64,000 nucleotides of DNA from Schizochytrium sp. TIO01 (Eukaryota > Protista > Bigyra: Labyrinthulomycetes), in NCBI GenBank assembly GCA_004764695.1, contig SMSO01000035.1, forward strand, positions 3,484,040-3,548,039, given 5' to 3'. Below, in pieces: positions 51,550-62,487 of this stretch. Position numbers and translations under genes: made by a program. The notes below the pieces were generated by a model. The model did no database searches. It was not told where the DNA came from and saw nothing but the letters and a program-made list of their open reading frames with translations. How positions within the stretch are numbered: position 1 is the stretch's first letter; each line of letters begins with the position of its first letter.

Positions 51550-54500
51550 ATGATGGCGGCGGCACACGAGGCCACTCACGACGAGGCTGCTTCGGATCTC
51601 CGCGCCGACGACGAGGCCTACCACGAAGGTGAAGGCGAAGCCAGCGACAGTGAAAGCACGACGCAGCGAGACCCGGTGGCGCAGACCGAACAGCCTGCTG
51701 CCGTGGAGGCGTCTCCCGCCGCTGCTGAGGACAATGATGAAGGCGCGGAAGACGATGAAAAAGACGATAAAGAAGATCGTGAAAACGACCGCGAAAACGA
51801 CAATAGCGGTAGCGAAAACGAGGGCGAAAACGATGCGGATAACAAAGACAAGGATGCCGGAGAGGAGGGTCAGAGTGAAGAAAATACCGGCCCGGAGGAG
51901 AGCGCGGAGGCAGAAGAAGTAGAGGAAGAGGAAAGGAGCAAGAAGAGAAGAAAGAACAGCGCAGCCGACGAGGACGCAAAAGGCAAAGACCAAGAAGACG
52001 GAGACATGGATGTTGACGAGGGAGAAGAAGAACAAGATGGAGACGACAAGGAACAGATCAATGGGGTCGATGACGGCGTTGATGAAGATTCCAAAGACGG
52101 CAAGGAAGAAGTCGTGGACGAAGAAGACGCACAGACTTCCGAGAAAGAAGATATGAAGGAGAATGACGATGACGACGATGAAAGTGCGGACAAAAATGAA
52201 AACGCACAAGATGGTGATGAAAACGATTCCAAAAAATCACAAGGTGGAGAAGATGCTGAAGACGGTGGTGCCAAGGAGGAGGCCAAGAAGGAAGAGTCCA
52301 AGCCGAAAGGACGCAAAAGACAGCGTAGCATTGACAGCGAGGATTTTGCACTGCTGACTGCAGAGGTGACGAAAAGGGCTAGCCTGAGACCAAGATTGGG
52401 AGGTTCTCAGGTCAAGCCTACGACGCCGATGCTTGGGGTGAGCCCGAGAGCTAGTGCTGTAGCAGCAGCGGCATCACTTGAAGACTTGGACAACGAAGAC
52501 GAGCTGGAGGTGGATAGGCCCGGCGTCATGTACCCTGTGAGGCACCCAAGGTACGATAATGACGCCTATCAGGCACCTCTGCCAGATCTGCGGGACAGAG
52601 CTGAGCTACAGGAAGACAACCTGCAGCAGGAGTCGCCCTTGGGCATGACGCTGGACGAGCTTCCGATGCGTGTCACGCAGCTCGCTGTAAATGAAAACGT
52701 AGTGTGGCGCGGTAAGGCGGAAGCCCAGCTTTCCACACAAGAACTTGACGAATATCTGTATTTTTGCCGATCACTCACACGTGAGAGACCGCCTGCAGGA
52801 GGATCACACTTTGTGTTTCATTTCAAAAAACGGCAGCGTGGTCGCAAAGCAGCCAATGATAGTGGTATGAGCAACGCAGCGCTTGACAAGATCCTCACGT
52901 TGGCTCAAGAACCTGTGGACGAACCGGAGGATCCTGACGAACAGGTATCGAATGCGCTCGTTGACAATTTAAACAATGCTACTACTATGGTGCTGAGACC
53001 CTCAGCATCTGACGAACAAGCACTCGAGTTTCTCCACCGCTGCGACTATGATATCATGCGAGCAAAGTTTCTTCTCCTATCTGCACACGGTGCAGGTATC
53101 GACCTGGTTTCTCTGGATCGCCAAGCCCACCTGACCGGCAACACAGGAGCTGGATCGACTCGAACCACCAAACAGGGAAAAGGGAACTCAGCCAGCATCA
53201 GCCCATGGGACATCGTGGCAGCCCTCGCAAAAGAAGATCCCGGATCTAGTGGACCCACAAAGGTGCGCCGCTCGGCTTCTTCATCGTCCTCTCAAAGCTC
53301 AAACAGCGGGCTCACAGGAAATAAGGGCCTCAAGGCGTGGGTTACTAACGCGAAGACAGCCCTTGCCGGAAAAGCACCTTCTATCCCCACCCGTCGTAAG
53401 CTGCTGCAACTTGTTCAGGATTTTCCGGCCATTCGCTCCGATGCTTCCGATGCCAAAGCCGTTGCCGCGGCCGTAGATGTCTGCGCTCAATTAGAAAAGA
53501 AGCTTCTTGCCGTGGATGAATGGATTGCAAACACCCACGATGCGGTGTCCCTCGTTAAACCGGACCTGCACTGGACTGCCGATGAACTCAAGGATCTCAT
53601 TGATACGGTACCTTCAGGCGTGCGCTTAGCCGAGCTAGATTGTTTGAAAAGCTTGCAAGAAACTTGTATCGGCTTGCAAAAGGATTTACACAGCGCCTTG
53701 GAGCAAGTGCTCACCGACTCGCCGCCCTCTGTAAACTTGCTTCGATCTATATTGCGGCGCGCCAAGGAGCTTCCTCTTGACTTGATTGGTGTAGACCAGG
53801 TTGAAGCTTATGTTGAACAGGCTGAAAAGGTTTCACAAGAGATCCTCGATATGGTCCCGGCCAACCGTCACTGGCGTGCACAATTGGTCATGCCCCCTAA
53901 ATCGAAACGAAAGGCGACGAAACGCTGGGAAGCACACAACCTTGAGGCCCTTCGCACCAAACTTGCAGACGCCGATCAGTGCAAGGTCAACTTCCCCTCA
54001 AAACGTTTGCTACAGTCGGTCATTCATGATGGAGAGTCATGGGTCTCACGGTGCGAGGCTGCTCGCAGCGGTGAAAATACTGATGTCAAATTGCTACTTG
54101 CGCTAGTAAAGGAAGCTGAGACCCTCCCTATTGACCTTTCCGCTGAACGTGAACTCCTAGACGAGCAGTTACGACGTGTTCAAGAGTGCATCGCCAAGGT
54201 CAGAAATGCAGTCCCACGTAGTGGCAGCAAGTCTACCCGCGGAGCTCAAGAGATGGACAAGATGGAGCTTGAAACTTTGCGTGCTTTGAAGGATGAGGCC
54301 GTAACCATTGGTATCAAGCAAGAGGATATTGATGAGATGCAGCGGATTGTTGATGACGCTGACGCATGGAAGGCTCGTGCCAAATCAGCACTCGATGATT
54401 CTGATGCAGTCGATGCTGAGACCTTGCGAAATCTCATCATTGAAGCTGACGACATGCCCGTAATTATGCCCGAGACCGAGTTCCTCGATGCCCAAGTCGA

Positions 54501-57500
54501 AAGTAAGGTGCTCTGTGAACAAATTCGTGCAGCTATTGAATCACGAGCTGCCTCTCTGCGTGAACTTACCAAGCTCCAGAACAAATTGTCTAAAATGCGG
54601 AAGGTTCTTCAAACTGGGTCGCAGCCGAAAAGTATTGACGCAGGCAAGTGCGAGAATCAGGTTCGCCAGCTTGTCAATCGGGCAACGGACTGGATCCAGC
54701 GCGCTCACTTCCTCTGTCGAGTTGTACGAGATGAAGATTTTGGTGGCGAAGAAAAGCCAAAGCCAAAGAAGCGCAAGCGCAACCAAAAGAAGTTCAGCAG
54801 CCAAAAGGCCAAATTGCAGGGGCCTTTTGCAGCGTACGAACGTATTTCCTTTAAGGCTTTCGCAGAGTTTTACAAAGAAGGCGTTGAAATGCCCATCAAT
54901 CTAGAAATGCCACTGCAAGATTTAGTGTCTCTCCGCGCAGAACTTCAAGGTACCAAGGAACAATTACGAGAATTTTTGTCTCGCTGTGGCGTAGAAGGCA
55001 GTTTTGATACAATCTTTTCTGAAGGGGAGGCAGACTCTGTCATCCCTACGTTAGGCGATGATAACAATGACGGAGACGGTGAAGATGATGACGCTGCATC
55101 TGACTCTCAGCAGCAGCAAAAGGGAGAACCAGAAGGAAAGCAAGATGAGGACCATCAGGCAGAAGACCTTGAAAAGGCAGCCGAGATTGAGCAGAACAAC
55201 CAAGACGCGATGGAGGTTGAAGTGGCGTCTTCTTCATCTAGAGTTTTTTCTACTGCAATAAAGAAAACACTTACCCCGGCTGTTACCGAAGCTCCTTCCT
55301 CTGACAATCTCGTTGCTGGAGGTATTGAGAACGAGGCCTCGCTATCCGCACCAACCGATGAAGTCAAAAAGCCTTCACTTGCTGACATTACGGCAATTCT
55401 GGATGAATGTCTTATGGTAAGCGTTGTGACTGCTGAGGAAAAGGGTCTGCGCGATGCCTTTGAACAGGCCTTGGCATGGATAGCCAAAGCCTTGGCACTC
55501 TGCCCTGGCCGTGCGGAGTGGGAAGGGGTGGAGGCTGTCACTGAAGCCGAGGCGGAGGATCTTTCTTTGGACATTATCGAAGGTCTACTGAATGAAGGAA
55601 ACAGTCTCTATATCAATGTTGGGGAACTCGTCTCTGACTTGAAGAACACCCTTGTTAAAGTGAAATCGTGGACATCTCGTGCTTCTGCGGTTGTTGATGC
55701 TTACGAGATCAATTTGCAAGCTCTCTCATTGACATGGAATTCTCAAGGTTATAATGATGATGATGAGACAGTTGAAGATGTTGAAAACAACGAAGACATG
55801 ACGATTGATCAGGAAGAAATTGCAGCAGTCAAAGAGGCCCTCGGCATTGAGATGTCAATAGGCCGCTCTAAACGTGAGAGTGTCAAAAAGCGCACGTCAA
55901 CTGCGAACAATTCTGCAAAATCTGGTAGTGCAGCTGTAGTTGCCGCGGCCCGCGCTCAAGAACAGCTTGAGCGCGACGCAGAAATTGGCCTTGTCCCTCG
56001 TAAAGAGGAAGCACTTGCTTGGGCAGACTTAGACAATAGTTTGGACTCCATTGTCGCTTCTAAGCATATTGATGTGCTTGGTCCGGACCAATCGTCTTCA
56101 AATGATAAGCTCAGTGTTGAGCTTTTTACTGCACCAAAGCCCAAGGCACCCGAAACTGAGCAGGATGTCAAGTCCTTTCAAATGTTGCCTTCTGAGTACT
56201 GCAGTGTGGTTGAAGATGCCCGTGCACTACGCGCAGAACTTGACCAGGCTACCATAATGCAAGTTGCGGATCGTGAATCCGTAGTGCAGATGGTGCGATG
56301 GATTGCGGAGACCGGAGACTTTCTTGAAAAGGTCAGCCGTGCGATCCAAGGTATGGAGAATGCAAACATGGAGACAATTCGAGACCTTATTAATGACTGC
56401 CAGCGTCTGCAGGAATCTGACTTTGATAAAGAGGAGGTTCAGAAGAAACGTTATTCTTTGACTGGTTGTATTTCACGGGCCAGCCTTCGCTTGCAAAAGA
56501 TTGGTCGCAACATCAATGCTTGGAATCAAATCGCTCAGAAACGCATTGGACAATCCAAAACCCTATCGGGCTGCCTTGCGCTGCGTGTTCTTTTGGAAGA
56601 AAAGTTAAATCATCGATTATACCCAACGTCTCCTGTGGAAATTGCTGTGCGTGAAGAGTTGAAACACATGGAATCATGGCTCCTAACCGCGCGTTCACGT
56701 CTTGATGCTGATGAATCAGGGCGTGGCACAGCAGAAGAGCTTGAGAAGCTCGCATCTGAGGGTGCCAAACTCAAAATTAACTTTCCTGAGGTGAAGGAGT
56801 TACGAAGTGCTGTGCGAAGAGCTCGTGCTTGGTTGTCACAACTCAAGCGTACTGGCATTGAACGCGGAGAGGCGAGCTTGTCTCAGTTGGAAGAGCTAGT
56901 CGCCGCTGCCAAAGAGATTCCTGTAGACCTTACCGAGCATACACGCGTTTTAGAGCAAGCAACGCGAGTATACTGTGTCTGCCGTCGTGGTTTCCACGGT
57001 GAGATGCTCATTTGCACCTACTGTGAGGAATGGTTTCACATTGGATGTGTGAACATGTCACCAACACATGCTAAACGGTGTGCTCGTTATTGCTGTCCTC
57101 TTTGTGCAGGAAATCGCACGGCTTTGGCTAGTCTGGGTATGGCACGAGCTGCAATTTCACGTATTCGTGTGGCATGGTCTGTTTGCGTTGAACGTAACAC
57201 CCAAGCTGGAGGCCGTACCATGGACGGCGATTTCCTTTCCAAGAACCAGTCTCTGAGTACTTTGGCAGGCTGGGCAGAGCAGGCCGCGCCTTTAATTGAC
57301 CGTGTAGTCAGCGCAGGGGAGGGTCCATACGATGCCGGTTTATCAGTTGCAATCAGTAAGCTTGGTGGAGGGCCCTCTACTGTGTCAAATTGTGCAGATG
57401 CGCAGCACATTTTTATGGCTCTAAAATTTCGTTTATGGTCTGGTAACGCCCTGCAAAAGCTTCGAGGACGTCAAGCCACACAAGAGGAATACGTTGCTAT

Positions 57501-58617
57501 CCGTAAGAGTGCTAGCAATATCTCTGAGGAGGTCCCGTTTGTGCAATTGAACGATTTGTATAAATATGTACACAGCGTAATCAGACGTACAAACCAATGG
57601 CGGCATCGCGTGAATAATGTTGTCTCAACGCCAGAGCATCGCGTGCCTCAGGACGAGCTCATTAAAGATCTCGAGACTCTACTTGCGAACATGCGCAACA
57701 TTCCACTGAACCCTCCAGAAGAGAAGTCTATTCTTGCCATTCTTGAGGACGGGGCGCACCGTTATTGTTTGTGCCGAGGTCTAAACGATGGCTCTTTGAT
57801 GGTTGGCTGTGAATTTTGTGATAACTGGTATCATGTTCGGTGTTGTGGCATGCCAGAGACAGTACCTGAGGAAGCCCTGGACAAGTTTATGTGCCCGCTC
57901 TGCTGTAAGAAAAAGGGTATCGAATATGAGCCTCCTTATAAACCTCTTGAAGACGAAAGTAATCCATCTGATAAACCAAAAGCAGACAATGGTGATGATG
58001 ATGATGATGACGACGATGATGATGATGACGATATTGATGGGGTTGGTGACGACAATACGAATTCAAACAACGTTGACGATGAAGAAATCGAAGAAAGCTT
58101 TGTTACAGCCTTGAAAGCAGAATCGAAAGAAGCTTTGGCTTCTCTCAACACCTCTAAAGGCAGCAAATCAAACGAAACAACTGATATGCATATCCCAGAT
58201 AAAAATGGCAAAGTAAAGCCGATTCCGAGTAATGAAGCCAAAGAGAATGGCTCAGCCAACAGTGGTGAGAAAAAGAAGCAGCAAGTTGCATCCAAGAATC
58301 CTGGAAACATCAGTGTAGACAAAAAGGTAGCGCCATCCAAAACTACCAAGCAAAATGGTGCTACAAAAGTGGCGGAAACAGAAGACAGTGAGCAAGTGGA
58401 AACTGATGAAAATCCATCAGCGAACGAGACGACCATCTCCCCGGTAGTTCCATCTGTATCCTCAAAAGGGGAGGTAAGCTCAAGCGGGCAAAAAGATATT
58501 GTATCAGGCAAGTCCGTATCATCCTCGGTAACGTCGATGAAGATGGAAAGTTCTGCCAATGATACAGTTGAGAATTCGTTACAGTCGACATCCAAGGTTT
58601 CACCTGTAGAAACCTAA
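51550..58617 (+). CDS. Chromatin protein: acidic N-terminus, ELM2-like domain, PLU-1-like helical repeats, two PHD fingers (KDM5-like scaffold with no visible JmjC), ~2355 aa
   Basis: Single long ORF; first ATG at 51550 (gccATGATGg). ELM2-like YQAPLP...VVW...LDEYL...EQALEFLHRCDYDIMRA. Repeated W/LL..A..LP helical motifs. PHD1 YCVCRR...MLICTYCEEWFHIGC...CPLC; PHD2 YCLCRG...MVGCEFCDNWYHVRC...CPLC. Confidence 0.9.
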   Translation: MMAAAHEATHDEAASDLRADDEAYHEGEGEASDSESTTQRDPVAQTEQPAAVEASPAAAEDNDEGAEDDEKDDKEDRENDRENDNSGSENEGENDADNKDKDAGEEGQSEENTGPEESAEAEEVEEEERSKKRRKNSAADEDAKGKDQEDGDMDVDEGEEEQDGDDKEQINGVDDGVDEDSKDGKEEVVDEEDAQTSEKEDMKENDDDDDESADKNENAQDGDENDSKKSQGGEDAEDGGAKEEAKKEESKPKGRKRQRSIDSEDFALLTAEVTKRASLRPRLGGSQVKPTTPMLGVSPRASAVAAAASLEDLDNEDELEVDRPGVMYPVRHPRYDNDAYQAPLPDLRDRAELQEDNLQQESPLGMTLDELPMRVTQLAVNENVVWRGKAEAQLSTQELDEYLYFCRSLTRERPPAGGSHFVFHFKKRQRGRKAANDSGMSNAALDKILTLAQEPVDEPEDPDEQVSNALVDNLNNATTMVLRPSASDEQALEFLHRCDYDIMRAKFLLLSAHGAGIDLVSLDRQAHLTGNTGAGSTRTTKQGKGNSASISPWDIVAALAKEDPGSSGPTKVRRSASSSSSQSSNSGLTGNKGLKAWVTNAKTALAGKAPSIPTRRKLLQLVQDFPAIRSDASDAKAVAAAVDVCAQLEKKLLAVDEWIANTHDAVSLVKPDLHWTADELKDLIDTVPSGVRLAELDCLKSLQETCIGLQKDLHSALEQVLTDSPPSVNLLRSILRRAKELPLDLIGVDQVEAYVEQAEKVSQEILDMVPANRHWRAQLVMPPKSKRKATKRWEAHNLEALRTKLADADQCKVNFPSKRLLQSVIHDGESWVSRCEAARSGENTDVKLLLALVKEAETLPIDLSAERELLDEQLRRVQECIAKVRNAVPRSGSKSTRGAQEMDKMELETLRALKDEAVTIGIKQEDIDEMQRIVDDADAWKARAKSALDDSDAVDAETLRNLIIEADDMPVIMPETEFLDAQVESKVLCEQIRAAIESRAASLRELTKLQNKLSKMRKVLQTGSQPKSIDAGKCENQVRQLVNRATDWIQRAHFLCRVVRDEDFGGEEKPKPKKRKRNQKKFSSQKAKLQGPFAAYERISFKAFAEFYKEGVEMPINLEMPLQDLVSLRAELQGTKEQLREFLSRCGVEGSFDTIFSEGEADSVIPTLGDDNNDGDGEDDDAASDSQQQQKGEPEGKQDEDHQAEDLEKAAEIEQNNQDAMEVEVASSSSRVFSTAIKKTLTPAVTEAPSSDNLVAGGIENEASLSAPTDEVKKPSLADITAILDECLMVSVVTAEEKGLRDAFEQALAWIAKALALCPGRAEWEGVEAVTEAEAEDLSLDIIEGLLNEGNSLYINVGELVSDLKNTLVKVKSWTSRASAVVDAYEINLQALSLTWNSQGYNDDDETVEDVENNEDMTIDQEEIAAVKEALGIEMSIGRSKRESVKKRTSTANNSAKSGSAAVVAAARAQEQLERDAEIGLVPRKEEALAWADLDNSLDSIVASKHIDVLGPDQSSSNDKLSVELFTAPKPKAPETEQDVKSFQMLPSEYCSVVEDARALRAELDQATIMQVADRESVVQMVRWIAETGDFLEKVSRAIQGMENANMETIRDLINDCQRLQESDFDKEEVQKKRYSLTGCISRASLRLQKIGRNINAWNQIAQKRIGQSKTLSGCLALRVLLEEKLNHRLYPTSPVEIAVREELKHMESWLLTARSRLDADESGRGTAEELEKLASEGAKLKINFPEVKELRSAVRRARAWLSQLKRTGIERGEASLSQLEELVAAAKEIPVDLTEHTRVLEQATRVYCVCRRGFHGEMLICTYCEEWFHIGCVNMSPTHAKRCARYCCPLCAGNRTALASLGMARAAISRIRVAWSVCVERNTQAGGRTMDGDFLSKNQSLSTLAGWAEQAAPLIDRVVSAGEGPYDAGLSVAISKLGGGPSTVSNCADAQHIFMALKFRLWSGNALQKLRGRQATQEEYVAIRKSASNISEEVPFVQLNDLYKYVHSVIRRTNQWRHRVNNVVSTPEHRVPQDELIKDLETLLANMRNIPLNPPEEKSILAILEDGAHRYCLCRGLNDGSLMVGCEFCDNWYHVRCCGMPETVPEEALDKFMCPLCCKKKGIEYEPPYKPLEDESNPSDKPKADNGDDDDDDDDDDDDDIDGVGDDNTNSNNVDDEEIEESFVTALKAESKEALASLNTSKGSKSNETTDMHIPDKNGKVKPIPSNEAKENGSANSGEKKKQQVASKNPGNISVDKKVAPSKTTKQNGATKVAETEDSEQVETDENPSANETTISPVVPSVSSKGEVSSSGQKDIVSGKSVSSSVTSMKMESSANDTVENSLQSTSKVSPVET

Positions 58618-59203
58618 GACTTAATTTTAAATAAAAGTTTACAGTTCCTTTTCAATTCTGTTGTTAGCCTTATTATATTTCTGCGGGTTTGTTCTGGTCA
58701 ACTATTTAATATGTCCAGAACCTCCTCAGAAATTTCACTTTTTTTGATCCGAGTTGATAAACACTTTCGGAGCTTAATTTCCCCATTTACTGTAGGTATG
58801 ATCTCCTTGATTTGGTTATTTCATTTTGCTGATACAAATAAATTGGTTGGTGAGTTTGAATGTGACAAGTGTAAGGAGAACGGTGCGATGTAAACGTAAA
58901 GGTCTGCGGCAGGATATAGTTCTATTTATATTAACACTATCTCGAAAAAACTAACTCATACAGTAAATATTCTTCTCGGCCCTTGCCTTTGATTGTAACT
59001 TTTAAAACAATAAATGCACTCGCATCGTGCGTGTGTCCGGCCGTCATTTATGTCACTTTATCGTCCTCTTAGCACGTCAGAGCTCTAGTGAAACCAAACC
59101 AAAGATAAGTTTGAGCCAGCACCGTTGGGTACAGCTGCAGGCAGGGATCCTTAGTAATCTCATTGCTTGACCTTTGATAAAGTTTTTTAAAGCAGGTTGG
59201 TTT

Positions 59204-60791
59204 TTAAGGGCTAACAAAGCGGAGAGCAAGCGAAGAAAGAAGCACAAAAAAAGCACCGAGACCAAGCAAGGCCACGTATCCAGTGTGCGAGTATACATCA
59301 CTCTCCGAGGTAGACCCCGTAAAGTACAAGAGAGGTCCCGAGATGACAGGGCCGAGTGTGGATCCCAGGAATGCTGCAACACCCCAGACTCCAAGAGCCT
59401 GTGCTGCACCTTCATCACGGTCAGGGAATTTTATCACAGCCAAGTGCGTAATCAACAGAGAGGTATGTTCCGTTAGCGATACCAAAGAGGGCGCTCCAGG
59501 CGAAAATGTGCCAGAGTTTGGTGGCAAAGGTCCAGCCAAGGTAGACAATGGCCATCAAGACGCATGAAAGGTAGACAAGAGGTCTACGACCTACACGGTC
59601 ACTGAGGGATCCACAAGGAACAGCAACAACGGCACACGAGATAAGCATAATAATAGAAACCATGGCGGTTTTCTCCTTAGCCTCCTCAGCAGTGGTATGG
59701 ATAATGTCACGAATGAAATACTGCATGAAGACCTGCACAGAGATACCCATGTAGTAGCAGAGTCTTGAGATCCACACCCATAAGAAGTCCCTGTTGGTCT
59801 CAAGCGACTCAAAGTACACGTTAAAGATCTCTCGGCAAGCAATAGAGTCCACTGGCGTCGTACGCGGAGTTTCCTTAACAACCAGGAGCGTGACGACACA
59901 ACAAACGATCAGCCATCCCGCATACACAGAGAAAGGCTCCACCATAAGGAAGCCAATCATCCAGACGCCAATTAGCGATCCCAACGCATTCATGACCGCC
60001 ATCGTTCCTGATGCCTGGCCAATTTGGCTTTCTCCGACGAGGTCCGGAATGAGTCCTGCGTAAGCGGCAAAGCACACATTCAGGGCCAAGTTAAGCATAA
60101 CAAACGCAGCTACGTACATGTTTCTGGCTGCCTTAAGTTCGGTGGAGCCGGCCTCGTCTGCCTCCGCAAGCGCGTCTTCATCCTCTCCAAGTCCCTGTGC
60201 CACAAACCACATTACTGCGAGGGCAAGGAGAGCGACGGCCGTGGAGACCACGATGAAAGGCCTGCGTCTGCCAAAGGGAGATGTCATGCGATCAGAGAAG
60301 AGGCCAGCTACTGGGCAGATGAGCTGAGTAGCTCCTGCGAGACCAAGCATGGAAGCGAGGCCGACGGCTTGGCTACCTGGGAAGAGCGTCGCGCACTGTT
60401 TAGGAAGAACAAGCATAAACATGGAGACCTGGATGAGACCGTAGGCCCCGACGAAAGAATTCATGACGATGAGCTCAAGGAAACTCACGAGGCGCTCCTC
60501 AACGTCCTCATAGGGCTTGCTTCTTGCATCAGAAGAGGTTCTTCGACGCAGCGACGAATTCAGGGGCGAAGACATCAAGGAGCTTGAGTTAGCCCCGCCT
60601 TCGCCGTGATCCCCGCCGCCACTGCCGCCGTTGCTATAGAAGTTCCGAGACCCAATCGCCTCGAGGTCGGAGCTCTGCAGAAGGCCCTCGCTCGCGCCCT
60701 CCACGGAGACGCCGTCACGGCCCTCGCGAGAGGCAAGCAGTCGAGACTCTTCCGCAGCCACATTACGGGCGCGGGCGCCTGAGGAAGACAT
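59204..60791 (-). CDS. Major facilitator superfamily transporter (GPH/sucrose-symporter-like), ~528 aa, interrupted by a +1 frameshift at ~59424
   Basis: First ATG at 60791. MFS motifs GLFSDRMTSPFGRRRPF and GSLSDRVGRR; about 10 hydrophobic helices in the first frame, ending ...GCDKIP*. The +1 frame continues DRDEGAAQALGVWGVAAFLGSTLGP...GYVALLGLGAFFVLLS, supplying the last two helices. Confidence 0.85.
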
Positions 60792-62399
60792 CGTCGGCAC
60801 AGAGGCACGTGCTGTGATTCTGCGGCCTGTCGTAGCAAAGTCCGTGATCTTCGCTCCACGCTCGCAGCAGCGGAGTGTGATCAAAGTTTGCTTTTCCTGA
60901 GCTGGTAGATCGATCGATGGATCGATTGCTTTCTTCTTCTTTCCTCAGCGATGGACTGAGTTCGATGTTTCATTATGTACTTACTATATCCTACTCGAAC
61001 TGCACTTCTACCCATTCTAATAGCTAGGTGCTAGCTGAGATTTTCATTCATTTTCGCATTCTTACACTTCCCTAAACCCAAATCACATCAGATTAGACCA
61101 ATTCAGGAAACGTTATCCACGCAAGACTCGTCTCCAAGTTCACGATGGCTGCCATAACATGACCCTGACCAGCTCAGCTCAGTCTTGCGAGCAAGCGAAC
61201 AAGCAAGCAAGCAAGCAGCCCGCTCGAGCATCAAAGAAAGAAAGCATCACAGTTCCAGAGATCCTCGTTTCTGAACGACCTCAACGAACGAAGGCTAAAT
61301 TCCCGCACGAGCATTGCAAATCGAGATGAGGTGCCTACGAATCAGCAGCAACAAACAGTCTGCAAAGCGAGTCAGCTTCGTCGCCCTCTGCGATCGGCAG
61401 CAGGCACGCATTTCTTTGCCAACGATCGCAGCTTTCCGGAGCTTGCTTCTTGCACTGCGTCTTGGTTCGCCAGTTCTTGAGCGCATGCATGCATGCATGC
61501 ATGCATGCATGCGTGCACGTGAGCTGCTGAGCAGTGGGCATAACTTACAGAGCTCTCTGCGATATGTATTAGGTCAGAACCGCAACACAACAAACCAACC
61601 CTTCGATGCAAGTGGCCTGAAAACCTTCGCTCTGAGCTGCATGCGCCACGAAGAAGAACAAGCCTCTCGAGAAGGTAAGAACGGCGTGGAGGTGGGCAGT
61701 TGCAGCAGGTAGGTGCGAGGGAGGGAGGGAGGGAGGGTGATGACCATGTATGTAGCCAGTATCTCGCGAGGGTAGGAGCAGAGCAGACCACCTCGACCTT
61801 CATTGGGAAGTGAAGTGTGCATTACATTACATTACATTACATTCATTCACATTCCATTATTTAACATTGCAACGATTTCGTTACATCCAAACCTAAGTTT
61901 TGGTAGATTTGCCAAGTAAACAATTCGATTTGTACCCCATAGGAGAAACGGATAGCACCTGTTAGGACCCCCAGGAATAGGGTGTATTAGTATGCTAAGT
62001 TGGCTTCCAAGGAGAGACTATGGCGGAGGCTGCGCTGTAGGGCGCTGACTCTGCCTACGTAGAAATGAATGGGTAACAACTTCAAGAGGAGCCGGAAATG
62101 GATTAGGCCGACGAGGATGAGGACCAGGGACTGACTTACTTCCTTCCTCACTCCTTGGGCTTCCTTGTTGTGGCACCGAAGAAGTTGGAGACATGGTGAC
62201 TGGAAAGGATGATTCTATCGGATGTGGCAGGAAGTGAATGTGCCCTCGATAGAGCTGGAGCAGTTGCAGGTAGGCCGGTGACTTTCTTTGGAAAGAAGCA
62301 AGGATGGTCAAGGCCAGAATTTGTGGATAATGGTGAAACTATCACAATCGTCTTTCGTGAATTAAATGAATTGATGGACGCATGAAATTCTCGCCAGGG

Positions 62400-62487
62400 C
62401 TTGCTTGCGCTTGTGCTTGTGCTTGCGCTAGTGCTTGTGCTTGTGCTTGTGCTAGTGCTAGTGCTAGTGCTAGTGCTAGTGCTAGTG
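62400..62487. repeat. Hexamer repeat (GTGCTT/GCGCTT grading into GTGCTA)
   Basis: Directly visible; explains the ALALA/QAQA ORF at 62342-62611. Confidence 0.85.

Noticed and set aside
51502-58603. Antisense and alternate-frame ORFs within the PHD gene
   Set aside because: Shadow ORFs from the biased D/E/S codon content of the main CDS.
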